Assembly (NCBI GenBank): GCA_963716725.1
Contig: CAVQUB010000005.1
Location: 480,001-544,000, forward strand
Reading direction: 5' to 3'
Origin: an uncultured delta proteobacterium
GTDB taxonomy: Bacteria; Myxococcota_A; Polyangia; Polyangiales; Polyangiaceae
Length of the DNA: 64,000 bases
Shown here: piece by piece, positions 36,771 to 47,580 of the stretch
Layout of the letters: every line of letters starts with the position of its first letter
How positions within the stretch are numbered: the stretch's first letter is position 1
Notes under the pieces: generated by a model
Told to the model about the DNA's origin: nothing
Seen by the model: only the letters and a program-made list of their open reading frames with translations
The model's database searches: none
Program-made: the position numbers and the translations under genes

Positions 36771-37070
36771 TCAGATCTCCGAAAACTCGAAGCTCTGCGC
36801 GAGCAGTTCATCGATGGCGTTGAAGTCGTCGATGGCGACCGGGTGCAGTGACGCGCGGTATTCATCCGAGCCGTCACCGAGCCCGGACAAGGTGCGCGTG
36901 CGTTGTCGTCGCCGCGTGGAGGGCGGCGGCGGAATCGACGAATCCGTCTCGGCATCACGGACGATTACCGCGGGCTCGCGCTCGAGATCGGGGATCAGCG
37001 GCAGCGAGTGGGCATGATTTCTGGCGTTCACTGTGCGTCCGGCATCGCGCACCCTCGGCCTTTTGGCCAA
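36771..37070 (-). CDS. Hypothetical small protein
   Basis: Fills the gap between same-strand genes; acidic C-terminus; start uncertain. Confidence 0.4.
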   Translation of the reverse strand: MAKRPRVRDAGRTVNARNHAHSLPLIPDLEREPAVIVRDAETDSSIPPPPSTRRRQRTRTLSGLGDGSDEYRASLHPVAIDDFNAIDELLAQSFEFSEI

Positions 37071-37106
37071 GAAAGCTGCGCCGCAGGCCCCGCCGACGCC
37101 GCTGGC

Positions 37107-38447
37107 TCACTGGATCGTCGAGTTGGTCACCGTGGGCGCGGTCTTGGCGAGCACGAAGATCCCGGGAAAGCCCTGGGTCTCGAACTTCCCGCTCTTGTTG
37201 TTACTCAAGAACGAGTCCTTGATCACCAGCGAGCCGCTCTTGTCATTGCTGACGAAGAAGATGGCGCCGCCGCCTTCGTTGGCCGTGTTGTCGACGATCT
37301 TCGTGCCGCAGAGCGTGAGCGTGAAGGTGTTTCCGTCGTTGTAGATGGCGCCGCCGCTGCCTCCCCCGGGCGTGCCGGCCTTGGCCGGGTTGGCGCCGTT
37401 GCCGACGGCTTTGTTGTGGGAAAATAGGCTGTTGATCACCGTGTACGACACCCCGATGCTCGACAGGCCCGCGCCGTTGGAGCAGGTGTTGCCGTAGCCC
37501 GGGGCGCCGCCGAAGGTGCTATTCACCACGTACGCGGGCTTGCCGTCGAACTGACTCAGGACGCGGACCGACGCGCCGCCGAGATCCGGGCCCACGTCGT
37601 CGCACACGTTGCCGAAGAAGCGTGAGTTGATGATCTTGACGCGCCCACCGCGCACGAACACCGCGCCGCCGCCGCCGCCGTCTTTCGTCTCACCCTTCGA
37701 ATTGCCGTCGATGAAGCTCAGGTTCTGCAGGCTCAGCTGAGGGTGGTCCTGGTTCTGACAATGCGACGTCGTCCACTTCTGCGCTTGGTCGCAGGTGTTC
37801 TGATACAGGATGCGCACCTTGCCGCCGCCAGAGAGCGTGACCTTGCCACCTCCGTCGATGACAATCTTGGGGCCCTTGTCGTTGAAGATCTTCGCAGTCT
37901 TGTCCAAGGTGATGGTGACCGGGTTCGGTCCGCAGCTGAAGGTGATGACGCCGCCCTTCGCCACCGCGTCGACGAAGGCTTGGGAGGTGCAGCTGGCTGG
38001 AGTTCCGGCGCCCACGACTGTCGTCGGTGCAGCAACGCTCTCGAGGTTGGCGTCGGCGGGCAAGGGATCGGAGCACTTGCCGTCGGGGTTGCCTGCGGGC
38101 GGCCCGCCACCGGAGCTCGACCCGCCGGTGCCGCCGCTGCTGGCGCCGCCGGTCGAAGCCCCACCGCTGCTGGCGCCGCCGGTCGAAGCCCCACCGCTGC
38201 TGGCGCCGCCGGTCGAAGCCCCACCGCTGCTGGCGCCGCCGCTGCTGCTGCCGCCGCTGCCGGAAGCGCCCGCCGTGCCGCCGCTGCTGGTGCCACCAGT
38301 GCTGGCCCCGCCACTCGAGGTGCCGCCGGACGAAGCTCCCCCGCTGCTGGCGCCGCCCGTGCCGTCGTCACCGCCGTCGTCACCGCTGCAGCCGCCCGCC
38401 ACCGCACAAGTCGTGAGCACGCCGAGAATTGCCCAAGCGGTTCGCAT
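37107..38447 (-). CDS. Gly-rich lipoprotein with right-handed beta-helix (pectin-lyase/Pmp-like) domain
   Basis: AGG-C lipobox; GGAS(S/T) linker; TPASCT..GGVITFSCG; repeated GGA(I/V) and FxxN motifs. Confidence 0.8.
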   Translation of the reverse strand: MRTAWAILGVLTTCAVAGGCSGDDGGDDGTGGASSGGASSGGTSSGGASTGGTSSGGTAGASGSGGSSSGGASSGGASTGGASSGGASTGGASSGGASTGGASSGGTGGSSSGGGPPAGNPDGKCSDPLPADANLESVAAPTTVVGAGTPASCTSQAFVDAVAKGGVITFSCGPNPVTITLDKTAKIFNDKGPKIVIDGGGKVTLSGGGKVRILYQNTCDQAQKWTTSHCQNQDHPQLSLQNLSFIDGNSKGETKDGGGGGAVFVRGGRVKIINSRFFGNVCDDVGPDLGGASVRVLSQFDGKPAYVVNSTFGGAPGYGNTCSNGAGLSSIGVSYTVINSLFSHNKAVGNGANPAKAGTPGGGSGGAIYNDGNTFTLTLCGTKIVDNTANEGGGAIFFVSNDKSGSLVIKDSFLSNNKSGKFETQGFPGIFVLAKTAPTVTNSTIQ

Positions 38448-38565
38448 GATGGACCTCCAGCGCCGAGTATCTCACGGCTCGTGCCGGCGTGTCGCTTCTC
38501 GAATCGCGGAGCGCTCGCGACCCCTCAGTCAAGCGCCGCCGGGGACCGAGAAGTGCCGCCCGCGC

Positions 38566-39957
38566 TCAGCGGAGCAGCTCGCCCGTCAGCGCGCGCTTCA
38601 CGAAGCGTCCGCCGCCGCGGGTCCGTTGTTTGCCCTTCTCGACGATCACGCGCCCGCGCGAGAGCACCGTCTCCGGGTAGCCTTGGACCTCGAAGCCTTC
38701 ATATGCGCTGTAGTCCACTTTCATGTGGTGGGTCTCGGGGTTGTTCACGCTGATCGTGACGCGCTTGCCGGGATCGAAGACCACAATGTCGGCGTCGCTG
38801 CCGATCGCGACGGTGCCCTTCTTCGGGAACATGCCGAAGGTGCGCGCGGCTGCCGTCGAGCTGATCTCGACGAATCGGTTCAGGTCGTAGTGACCCTTCA
38901 GAACGCCCTGATAGAGCAGCGTCATTCGGTTCTCGACGCCCGGCGCGCCGTTCGGGATCTTGGTGAAGCTCTCGCGTCCGAGCTCCTTCTGGCCTTTGAA
39001 GCAGAAGGGGCAGTGGTCGGTGGCGACCAACGCCAGGTGGCCCATGCGTAGGCCCTGCCAGAGCACGGCTTGGTTCGACTTGTCGCGCAGCGCCGGGGTC
39101 ATCACCCACTTAGCACCCTCGAAATCGGGTTTCTCGTAGTAGCTGTCGTCGAGGAAGAGGTACTGCGGGCAGGTCTCTGCTTGCACGTCGACGCCGCGCA
39201 TGCGACCGAGCTTCACCTGTTCGAGGGCGTCGGCGCAGGACAGGTGCACGATGTGCAACGGGACGTCCGCGACCTCGGCGATGGCGATGGCGCGATGCAC
39301 GCCCTCGGCCTCCATCCTCGTGGGGCGGGTGATGGCGTGGTACTTCGGCTCGATCTTGCCGTCTTTGACCGCGCCCTTGATGATCTCGTCGATCACGATG
39401 CCGTTTTCGGCGTGCATGCAGATGCGGGTCTTGTTCTCGCCCGCCTGGCGGAAGGTTCGATACAGCGTGCCGTCGTCCACGTAGAGCACGCCGGGGTACG
39501 CCATGAACAGCTTGTACGAAGTGACGCCCGCATCCGCGAGCGTGCGCAGTTCGGGCAGGCGCTCGTCGGGCATGTCGGTGACGATCATGTGGAACGCGTA
39601 GTCGATGGTGGCCTTGCCCTCGGCCTTGGCGTGCCAGGTGTCGAGCCCCTTCAGGGTGCTCTCGCCTTTGGTCTGGATCGCGAAATCGACCAGGCTGGTG
39701 GTGCCGCCGAAGGCCGCGGCGATGGTGCCGCTCTCGAAGTCGTCGGCGCTGTTGGTCCCGCCGAAAGGCATGTCGAGGTGGGTGTGTGGATCGATGCCGC
39801 CGGGGATCACGAGCTTGCCCGTGGCGTCGATGACTTCGTCGGCTCGCACCGAGAGATCCTTGCCGATGGTGTGAACCTTCTCGCCCTCGATGAAGACATC
39901 CGCGACGTAGTCGTCAGCGGCAGTCACCACCCGTCCGCCCTTGATCAGAATGCTCAT
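38566..39957 (-). CDS. hydA: Dihydropyrimidinase (D-hydantoinase)
   Basis: PGGIDPHTH, SYKLFMAY, HAENG, ETCPQYL, TDHCPF, IPNGAPGVE. Confidence 0.93.
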   Translation of the reverse strand: MSILIKGGRVVTAADDYVADVFIEGEKVHTIGKDLSVRADEVIDATGKLVIPGGIDPHTHLDMPFGGTNSADDFESGTIAAAFGGTTSLVDFAIQTKGESTLKGLDTWHAKAEGKATIDYAFHMIVTDMPDERLPELRTLADAGVTSYKLFMAYPGVLYVDDGTLYRTFRQAGENKTRICMHAENGIVIDEIIKGAVKDGKIEPKYHAITRPTRMEAEGVHRAIAIAEVADVPLHIVHLSCADALEQVKLGRMRGVDVQAETCPQYLFLDDSYYEKPDFEGAKWVMTPALRDKSNQAVLWQGLRMGHLALVATDHCPFCFKGQKELGRESFTKIPNGAPGVENRMTLLYQGVLKGHYDLNRFVEISSTAAARTFGMFPKKGTVAIGSDADIVVFDPGKRVTISVNNPETHHMKVDYSAYEGFEVQGYPETVLSRGRVIVEKGKQRTRGGGRFVKRALTGELLR

Positions 39958-39991
39958 GGCTCCGTCTCCCAAGATCGAATGTTAGACCACG

Positions 39992-40534
39992 TCAGTCAGC
40001 TCCGGCGTCGGCCGGGGCGCCAGCTGCGCCTCCCGTGCCGCCACCGCTGCCAGCTGCGCCTCCCGTGCTGCCACCGCTGCCAGCCGTGCCGCCGCTGCCC
40101 GCGCCGCCGCCGGTGCCGCCGGTGCCGCCGCTGCCCGTCGGCCCACAGCCGTGAATTGCCTGCGCATTCGGCAGGTTGATCAGCGTGACGCTCGCGCACT
40201 GAGCGCCGTTGGCGCAGGTATTGTCCTTCGCGCAGAAGGGCTCACAGGTTCCGGCGGCGCTGCCGGACTGACCTGGGAAGCACATGAGTCCCGCGTTGCA
40301 CTGCGCTGAGCCGACCATGTTCTGGCAGGTCGCACCTTGCGCTTTGTCGGTGGTGGCGGTCAGGCAGGAGTAGCTGCCGTTGGCATCCGCCAGCCAGCAG
40401 GTCTTGTCGGCCGGACAGCTCAGCGGATCGGTGGCGCACGACGTCGTGGAGTTCCCCTTTTCGTCGTCGCTGCTGCTGCAAGCGACCAGACTCGACCCGA
40501 CCGCGACGACCCAAAGCAATGCTCGAATGCGCAT
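39992..40534 (-). CDS. Cys-rich lipoprotein with Gly-rich tail
   Basis: GGAGGT SD; MRIRALLWVVAVGSSLVA-C; multiple Cys. Confidence 0.75.
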   Translation of the reverse strand: MRIRALLWVVAVGSSLVACSSSDDEKGNSTTSCATDPLSCPADKTCWLADANGSYSCLTATTDKAQGATCQNMVGSAQCNAGLMCFPGQSGSAAGTCEPFCAKDNTCANGAQCASVTLINLPNAQAIHGCGPTGSGGTGGTGGGAGSGGTAGSGGSTGGAAGSGGGTGGAAGAPADAGAD

Positions 40535-40630
40535 GTGAACCTCCGAAATGCGGACCAGAACCTCGCACGGCGTGTGCGACGCCGCAACACGGGCGGGAAG
40601 CCGCGAGTCCTGGTAAACGTACGAGGAGCG

Positions 40631-42514
40631 ATGCGCCTCACGACTTGGGCTCTCGGCATGCTGGCCTTGGCCTGCGGGGCAGCGCAGCAGCCGCCCGATC
40701 AGTCGGCGAAGGCCCCGTCGGTCTCCGTACCGCCGCCCGAGCAGGCGCCGGATCCGGAGCCTGCCGCCCCCACCGGCCCTCTGATCCTCGATGTCCGCGC
40801 CGAGCGCGCGCGCTGGCTCGACATGGAGATGCCGGAGCGCTCCGCACGGCGCCGCGCCTACGACACCCTGCTCGCGTCCGGAGATCGCGCTGCGGTCACT
40901 CGGAGCACGGTCGGAGAGTATTTCGGATTCCACGAGGCCACGGGCGTGGTCGGGCCTCTCGCGCTGCCGCGTCCGCTGAAGAAGGTGATGTTCGGGCCGG
41001 CGGACTCGGTGCTGGTCGTGACCGTTGACGGCAAGTTGCACTCGGCCATGACCGTCAAAGCGGCCATGAGCTGGCAGGGATTCGCGCCACGGACTGCGCC
41101 GGAGAAAGCCGTGAGCTGGGACTCCGCCGGCGACTATCTCGTCGCTGCGGACGACAAACAGGTCCACCTGTCACGGGACGGTGGCACCTCCTGGAAGAGC
41201 ACCAAACGCGCGCCGTGGGGCACCCCTCGCACGGTGCTCGTGCGCTCCGACGGCGTGATGGCAGTGCAAGGCGGCCCAGCGAAGGCCCCCGTCACCTTTC
41301 TTTCGCGCGACGATGGCAAGAGCTGGCAACGGTCGTCCTTCCAGCCCGAGCGAATCAGCCGGAGCGGCGCCTTCATCTGGTCCGATGTGTGGCGATGCAA
41401 CGCGGTGCTGAGCGAGAACGGCAGCACCTGGACCAAAGATCGCCTGGAGCGCACCACGCGGGCCTGGACCGAGAGCTTCCGCACGACCTCGACACCAGAG
41501 GGCGTCATCGACGGAGCCCATCGCGCGCTGGCGGACCCTCCACCTCCGCGGGTGCCGCCGGCCAAAGACCGACGCACCGGGCGCGGCTGCACGCCGCCGC
41601 CACGAGCGAAGGGCACGCCGACGAGCATGGGCATCCTCGGCGCGCTCAGCGGTGGAAGCGTGAACGGTCTCTTCGGGGCCAACGGGGCCGGACTCGGCGC
41701 CATTGGGGGGCTCGGCTCCGCCGGCGGGCTCACCGGATCCGCCTTTGGCGTTCGACCCACCGCCGAGCCAGCTTGGGGGACCTGTCGCGGCGCGAGCTGC
41801 CTGCGTCCGCCGCCGGTCGAGGCTCGAATGACCCGCACGCGCTTCGAGCTGTTCCGCGACGGTCGCTGCGCCGACTCCCGCGCAGGCCGGATGTGTCGTG
41901 AAGGTTTCGAGCGCCCGCCCCACGTTTCCATCGTCAATGAGGCGACAGGTGAACGCCGGGTCGCGGAGATCCCGGTCGGCTGCGCACCCAGGCACGTGAC
42001 CGGAGTCGCGGGGCTGGGGATTCTGAGCTGCGGCGGGCCGCAGGGACTCACGCTGCACGTCGCGGATTCGAGCGGTACGTTCAAGGAGGAGGGGTCGATC
42101 TCGGACGAGGCCATGACGAAGTGGTCGGCGAGCGTGCAAAGCGACGGGACCTTGATGTTCCACGAGGCGTGCAGCGAGCTTCGGAAGTGTCGCGCGCTGG
42201 TTCGGCGCCCCGTCGAGCCTGGGACGCGGGGCGCGTTCCGCGAGCTCAGCCACGCGAACGCTGCCGCATACCGTGCTCTCCCCGGAGGGCGCGTATTGGT
42301 GGTCTCGCGTGGCAAGTCAGAGCGCTTCGTCGACCTCTTCATGGCGGAACCGGGCAAGTCCGCCGCGGCCCTGGTGACCGGGGTCGAAGTCCCAGGCGAC
42401 CTGCTGGAGGTCCAGCTGGACGACGCCGGCCGAGTCGTCATGCGCCAGCGGCTCGACCGGAGCACGACCGAGACCTTCCTCGTGGGCGTTGACGGCAAGC
42501 GTCATCCCCCGTGA
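40631..42514 (+). CDS. Lipoprotein with BNR/Asp-box repeats
   Basis: GAGGAG SD; LALA-C; SRDGGTSW and SRDDGKSW Asp-boxes. Confidence 0.75.
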   Translation: MRLTTWALGMLALACGAAQQPPDQSAKAPSVSVPPPEQAPDPEPAAPTGPLILDVRAERARWLDMEMPERSARRRAYDTLLASGDRAAVTRSTVGEYFGFHEATGVVGPLALPRPLKKVMFGPADSVLVVTVDGKLHSAMTVKAAMSWQGFAPRTAPEKAVSWDSAGDYLVAADDKQVHLSRDGGTSWKSTKRAPWGTPRTVLVRSDGVMAVQGGPAKAPVTFLSRDDGKSWQRSSFQPERISRSGAFIWSDVWRCNAVLSENGSTWTKDRLERTTRAWTESFRTTSTPEGVIDGAHRALADPPPPRVPPAKDRRTGRGCTPPPRAKGTPTSMGILGALSGGSVNGLFGANGAGLGAIGGLGSAGGLTGSAFGVRPTAEPAWGTCRGASCLRPPPVEARMTRTRFELFRDGRCADSRAGRMCREGFERPPHVSIVNEATGERRVAEIPVGCAPRHVTGVAGLGILSCGGPQGLTLHVADSSGTFKEEGSISDEAMTKWSASVQSDGTLMFHEACSELRKCRALVRRPVEPGTRGAFRELSHANAAAYRALPGGRVLVVSRGKSERFVDLFMAEPGKSAAALVTGVEVPGDLLEVQLDDAGRVVMRQRLDRSTTETFLVGVDGKRHPP

Positions 42515-42586
42515 ATTTGCGGGGTATCTGCCCTGTCCGCCCGAGCAGGGGGCGGGAACGGGTCGAATTGGCTAAGATGGCGTCGG

Positions 42587-44092
42587 ATGGCCGGATCTCA
42601 GAGTGTCGGTCGCTATGTCCTGTACGACCAGATCGCATCTGGGGGCATGGCGACGGTCCATCTTGGACGACTGATCGGTCCCGTCGGGTTTTCTCGCGTC
42701 GTCGCGGTCAAGCGTCTGCACCCCATCTACGCGAACGATCCGGAGTTCGTCACCATGCTGCTCGACGAGGCCCGGTTCGCCTCGCGGATCAGGCATCCCA
42801 ACGTTGTTCCCATTCTGGACGTTGTCGCCTCGGACGCCGAGCTCTTGCTCGTGATGGAGTATGTGCACGGCGAGACCCTGGCGCGCCTGCTCCGGGCCGG
42901 TAGCAAAGCCGGCGAACGCATGCCGCCGGAAGTTGGAGCTGCCGTCGTGATCGACATCTTGCGCGGGCTGCATGCCGCGCACGAAGCCCCTGACGCTGCG
43001 GGGCACCCGCTTGGAATCGTCCACCGCGACGTGTCCCCGCAGAACATCTTGGTGGCCACGGACGGCTCGGCGCGCTTGCTGGATTTCGGTGTCGCCAAGG
43101 CGGCATCGCGGTCGCAGAACACCGCCGACGGGCAGCTCAAGGGCAAGCTGGGCTATTTTGCACCTGAGCAGATCGCCGGTGGCGAGGTCGATCGGCGGGT
43201 CGACATCTTCGCGGCTTCCATCGTGGCGTGGGAGTGCATTGCTGGCCGCAGGCTGTTCACCGCTGACGACATGATCGCCACCTTCGCTCAGATCGTGGAC
43301 GCGGAAGTCCCCTCGCTCCGCGGAGCGGGCTATCAGATCTCCGAAGCGCTCTCGAGGACCATTCAGCGCGGGCTGGAGAAGAACCCGGCGGATCGATTCC
43401 AGACCGCCGAAGAGATGGCACGCGAGATCGAGGCGGCGCTGCGGCCGGCTTCTCGCGAGGCGGTGCGCGCTTGGGTCGAGAAGCTCGCGGGGCCGACGCT
43501 GGCCGCGCGGCTCAAGGTCATGCAGCGAATCGAGACCGGCGACGTGGACGCGACCGTCGCGCAGGTTCCCGTGGACATCAGCCCCGATCAGTCTGGAAAA
43601 CTCCCGACCCTCAGGGCTGCGCTGGCCGCCACGCCGGGGGACGACGGAGGCACTTTTCCGGCGACGCTGGCGACGCTGTCCATCGCGTCAGCGGTGCCCC
43701 GTGGCCGCGGCTGGCGGATCGCTGCGGCCCTGGCCCTGGTGGTCGTCGTCTTCGGTGCAGGCGGCGCCTTCGCGCTCTTGAGTCGATCGGTCACGAACGA
43801 ACGCCAAGCCGGCACGCCCCTCGCCGAGGTCACGCCGCCGCCGGCAGCGCAGCCGGCCGCGACCGTGGCGCTGCCCGCAGCCGCCACGACCGCGGAGCCC
43901 GCGAGCTCGGCGGTGGAGGTCGACGCTGGAGCGCCCGTGGCTGCCACCGCGCTCGAGCTCTCGCCCCCACCGGCGACTCGCTCGACTCGACCGGTGTCCG
44001 CGGCCGCGCCCAAGAAGCCGGGCTCGGCAGCCTCCGGCGTGGCGGCTCCGTCCCCGCCGCCCCCCGTGGATCCGCTCTCGGACCAGCGTTGA
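42587..44092 (+). CDS. Membrane Ser/Thr protein kinase
   Basis: ASGGMATV, VAVK, HRDVSPQN, DFG, APE; single TM; Pro/Ala-rich tail. Confidence 0.95.
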   Translation: MAGSQSVGRYVLYDQIASGGMATVHLGRLIGPVGFSRVVAVKRLHPIYANDPEFVTMLLDEARFASRIRHPNVVPILDVVASDAELLLVMEYVHGETLARLLRAGSKAGERMPPEVGAAVVIDILRGLHAAHEAPDAAGHPLGIVHRDVSPQNILVATDGSARLLDFGVAKAASRSQNTADGQLKGKLGYFAPEQIAGGEVDRRVDIFAASIVAWECIAGRRLFTADDMIATFAQIVDAEVPSLRGAGYQISEALSRTIQRGLEKNPADRFQTAEEMAREIEAALRPASREAVRAWVEKLAGPTLAARLKVMQRIETGDVDATVAQVPVDISPDQSGKLPTLRAALAATPGDDGGTFPATLATLSIASAVPRGRGWRIAAALALVVVVFGAGGAFALLSRSVTNERQAGTPLAEVTPPPAAQPAATVALPAAATTAEPASSAVEVDAGAPVAATALELSPPPATRSTRPVSAAAPKKPGSAASGVAAPSPPPPVDPLSDQR

Positions 44093-44134
44093 GCTGGTCA
44101 GGCGAGGGACCTTGTCGCATGATCGCGCGGTCGC

Positions 44135-45103
44135 ATGCGTTCATGGCTTGCAGGGATTTCCATCGTGGCGCTCGCCGGGAGCGCGGGCGCGGACGTGAGC
44201 CCGACCCAACGCGCCCTCGCCCGGGAGCTGTTCCAGCAGGGGCGAGCGCTGATGGCCAAGAAGGACTACGTGAAGGCTTGCGCCAAGCTCGCCGAGAGCC
44301 AGCGCATCGATCCCGCAACCGGCACGCTGCTCAACCTTGCGGTGTGTCACGAAGCGGAGGGCAAGACGGCGTCGGCGTGGGCCGAGTTCAACGACGCGCT
44401 GTCGCTCTCTCGACAGGACGGTCGTAAAGATCGCGTCGAGCTCGCGACCAAGCACATCGCCAATCTGGAGCCCCGCCTGTCGCGACTCACCATCGACGTC
44501 CCCCTGGACGCACGCGTCGCCGGCCTCGAGATCAAGCTTGACGACGGCCGCGTGGGGCGCACCGCGTGGGGGACCGCGGTCCCCGTCGATCCCGGGACTC
44601 ACACGGTGCGCGCGCTGGCTGCGGGCTGGAAAGAGTGGCAGACGGAGATCACCGTCGGCGCTGACTCCGATCGACAGACCGTGTCCGTTCCGGCCCTCCA
44701 GCGGGTGCCGACGCAGGCCCGCCCGCCGCCGTCCTCTGAGAGAGCGGCCCCCAAGGACTCGGGATCGAGCTCCGGAGCGAGCCAACGCACCGCTGGCTAC
44801 GTCGTGGGCGGGGTCGGCGTCGTGGCGCTGGGAGTCGGCGCCTACTTTGGGTTGCGCGCTTACTCACGCTGGGACGAACGCAACGCACACTGCTCAGATG
44901 CCGGATGCGATCCCACGGGAGTGGCCGCCGGCGACGACGCCGGTCAAGCCGCGACCTTGGCAAACGTCGGGATCGGGCTGGGCGTCGCGGCTTTGGCGAC
45001 GGGCGCCGTCCTCGTGCTCACCGCCGGGCCCTCCGAGCGCGCGACGGCCTCAGTGACGCGGGACGGTCGCGGGTTCGTGCTGGGCTACGGCCGAGCGTTC
45101 TGA
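44135..45103 (+). CDS. TPR + PEGA domain protein with C-terminal Gly-rich hydrophobic hairpin
   Basis: ARELFQQGR..ACAKLAES..GTLLNLAVC; PVDPGTH; C-terminal GRAF. Confidence 0.82.
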   Translation: MRSWLAGISIVALAGSAGADVSPTQRALARELFQQGRALMAKKDYVKACAKLAESQRIDPATGTLLNLAVCHEAEGKTASAWAEFNDALSLSRQDGRKDRVELATKHIANLEPRLSRLTIDVPLDARVAGLEIKLDDGRVGRTAWGTAVPVDPGTHTVRALAAGWKEWQTEITVGADSDRQTVSVPALQRVPTQARPPPSSERAAPKDSGSSSGASQRTAGYVVGGVGVVALGVGAYFGLRAYSRWDERNAHCSDAGCDPTGVAAGDDAGQAATLANVGIGLGVAALATGAVLVLTAGPSERATASVTRDGRGFVLGYGRAF

Positions 45104-45109
45104 GGCGCG

Positions 45110-46306
45110 TCAGCAGCTGTCGTCCTTCGGATCCTTACCCGCAGCGCAGGGGCTCGGCACGAGCACGTTGGTCCAGACCTCGCCGAGCTTGGCAGCATCT
45201 CCGCGCATCTTGAAGCCGAGTGAGAAGTGATCGCAGGGCTTGGTCGGCGTTCCGAGCACGGACATGTCTGGGAAGTCACAGACGATCTGCTTGACCCCGG
45301 GGTAGAGCAGGTTGTCCGTGCACAGCGGCTTCTTGGTCACGGGATCGTCCACGGCGGAGAGCACGCCGAGCACCTCGCCGACCGCGGTGATGCCTGCCAA
45401 CACCCCGTCTTCTAGGGCCCAACTGTTGCCGGTCTTCTGGAGCTTGGCCGTGAAGAATGCGGCGGTGAAATTGATCGACTGATTCGGGGTCAGCGCGAAG
45501 ACACCGGCGGGCAGGCTGGCCGAGAGCGTGCCGTTGGTCACGTACCCAAGTTTGTCTACGTACTTCGCGTGATCGACGTCGTAGGTGGTTCCGCCGTCCG
45601 GGGCGCTGAGGGGCTGGAGCGACGTCGACAAGACCGGCCATGGGTCGCTGCCGTCCCACTTCGGCGGATTCGGATTGGTGTCGTCGAAGTCAGCGCTGGA
45701 GAACCACGTGACTTCCACCTGTGAGTCGTTGGCCTCGCCGTTGTAGTTGCGCACGCGGACCAAGATCGTGTTGGTGCCGCCTTCGATCTTCGTGCTCAGC
45801 TGCTCGGAGCTGGCATCCGTGATCTTGAAGACGTTGCGCATTTGGTGCAAAAATGCGCCAAGGGAGTTGTCCTTCCCTTCGAGCCCGTCGCAGACTGTCT
45901 CTTTGGGGGACTTGCAGCTGCCCGCGCTATCGACGCTGCAGGTGCAGAGCTTGTCGAGGTCGTAGCCGATCTTCTTCCAGGTCGGGCCGTCCGAGTCGTT
46001 CCGGTCGCCGAGATCGAGCTCGCGAATGGCGAACACCAGCTCGACCTCCGCGCCCGGACCGCTGCTCGTCGGCGGCCCCGGCGGCTGCGCCGAGTGGCAA
46101 CCCGAGTCCGCTTCGCCACCCGAACCGCCCGAGCCGCCCGAGCCGCCGCCGTCGGAGCCGCCCGAGCCGCCCGAGCCGCCGCCTCCGGAGTTCCCACCGC
46201 CGACCGACAGGGGTGGTGAGTCCTCGATCCCGACGAGGGACTGGCAGGCCGCCACGAAGCACATCGCTGCGACGCCGCACACCACCACGGGTCGAACCGT
46301 CGGCAT
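45110..46306 (-). CDS. Putative lipoprotein
   Basis: FVAA-CQSLVGIED; Gly linker; GYDLD..CTC and DG..G.DN motifs. Confidence 0.75.
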   Translation of the reverse strand: MPTVRPVVVCGVAAMCFVAACQSLVGIEDSPPLSVGGGNSGGGGSGGSGGSDGGGSGGSGGSGGEADSGCHSAQPPGPPTSSGPGAEVELVFAIRELDLGDRNDSDGPTWKKIGYDLDKLCTCSVDSAGSCKSPKETVCDGLEGKDNSLGAFLHQMRNVFKITDASSEQLSTKIEGGTNTILVRVRNYNGEANDSQVEVTWFSSADFDDTNPNPPKWDGSDPWPVLSTSLQPLSAPDGGTTYDVDHAKYVDKLGYVTNGTLSASLPAGVFALTPNQSINFTAAFFTAKLQKTGNSWALEDGVLAGITAVGEVLGVLSAVDDPVTKKPLCTDNLLYPGVKQIVCDFPDMSVLGTPTKPCDHFSLGFKMRGDAAKLGEVWTNVLVPSPCAAGKDPKDDSC

Positions 46307-46443
46307 GGGGCCATGATAGCGCGAGCTTGCTCGCGACCCAAACGTCCAGCTCAGGTCCGGTTCGTTTGGCGGAAGGGGACCTGCCGAATGCTTCGAGATT
46401 CGCCGTCGCCCCCGCCGCCGGGCAGATCCGCTACGCTCCGGGA

Positions 46444-47580
46444 ATGTCCACTCGCTTCGTCTTCGACCGTGCTCCGGCGCGCATCTACTGGGAGACCACC
46501 CGCGCGTGTGACCTCGCGTGTCGACACTGTCGTGCGGAGGCCGCGCCGATGGCAGATCCACGGGAGCTCACGACGGAACAGGGCAAGAAGCTGCTCGCCG
46601 ACCTCGCGGCATTCGGTGCGCCGCTGCCCCACCTGGTGCTGACCGGCGGCGATCCGCTCAAGCGTGCCGACCTGTTCGAGCTGATCGCCGAGGCGCAGGC
46701 GCTGGGGCTGGCGGTCTCCGTGTCGCCGAGCGGCACGCCTCTGCTCACGGCCGACGCCATCGGGAGGCTGAAGCGAGCAGGCGTGGACGCCATCTCGCTG
46801 AGCTTGGACGGCGCGACCGCTCCGCACCACGACGACATTCGACAGGTGCCGGGCTGCTTCGAGCGGACTTTGGAGGCCGCACGCGCGGCGAGCCACGAGC
46901 AGCTGATGTTCCAAGTGAACACGCTGGTGGCCAAGGAGACCCTCGGAGATCTCGAGGCCATCTACCCGCTGGTGAAGTCCATCGGCGCTGCGCGCTGGAG
47001 TCTCTTCTTCTTGGTCACCGTCGGCCGAGGCACGGTGCTGAGTCCCATTTCAGCGGACGAGTGCGAGACGCTCTTTGGTTGGCTCGCCGACTTGCCGCGC
47101 GGCCGCGGGCTACCCATCGTGACCACCACCGAGGCGCCGCACTACCGACGCATCTTGCTGGAGCGGGTCAAGGCGCGCCCGCCGGGGACTGCACCCGCTG
47201 CCGGTGGCCATCCCGGCGGCGGTCACCCCGGCGGCGGGCACCCCCACGGCGCAGGAGCACCGGTGCCCGGTCTCGGCATCCGGGACGGCAATGGCATCAT
47301 GTTCGTCTCGAACGTCGGGGACGTTTCGCCCTCGGGGTTCTTGCCGCTCGTCGCCGGCAACGTGAAGCTGGAGAGCCCGGTGGAGATCTACCGCAGCTCG
47401 CAGATGTTCGTGGCGCTGCGCCGCGCCGAGGCATTCGAGGGCCGCTGCGGCATCTGCGAATACCGGGGTCCCTGCGGCGGTTCGCGATCCCGAGCGCTGG
47501 CCGCGACCGGCAACATGCTGGCCGAGGATCCGCTGTGTGCCTACCAGCCTCGAGTGGGTGCGGCGCTTTCGGCCGAGTGA
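46444..47580 (+). CDS. Radical SAM/SPASM protein of the NirJ/AhbD-like (TIGR04053-type) group
   Basis: WETTRACDLACRHCRA, TGGDP, TTEAPHYRR, CGICEY..CGGSRSRA..EDPLC. Confidence 0.88.
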   Translation: MSTRFVFDRAPARIYWETTRACDLACRHCRAEAAPMADPRELTTEQGKKLLADLAAFGAPLPHLVLTGGDPLKRADLFELIAEAQALGLAVSVSPSGTPLLTADAIGRLKRAGVDAISLSLDGATAPHHDDIRQVPGCFERTLEAARAASHEQLMFQVNTLVAKETLGDLEAIYPLVKSIGAARWSLFFLVTVGRGTVLSPISADECETLFGWLADLPRGRGLPIVTTTEAPHYRRILLERVKARPPGTAPAAGGHPGGGHPGGGHPHGAGAPVPGLGIRDGNGIMFVSNVGDVSPSGFLPLVAGNVKLESPVEIYRSSQMFVALRRAEAFEGRCGICEYRGPCGGSRSRALAATGNMLAEDPLCAYQPRVGAALSAE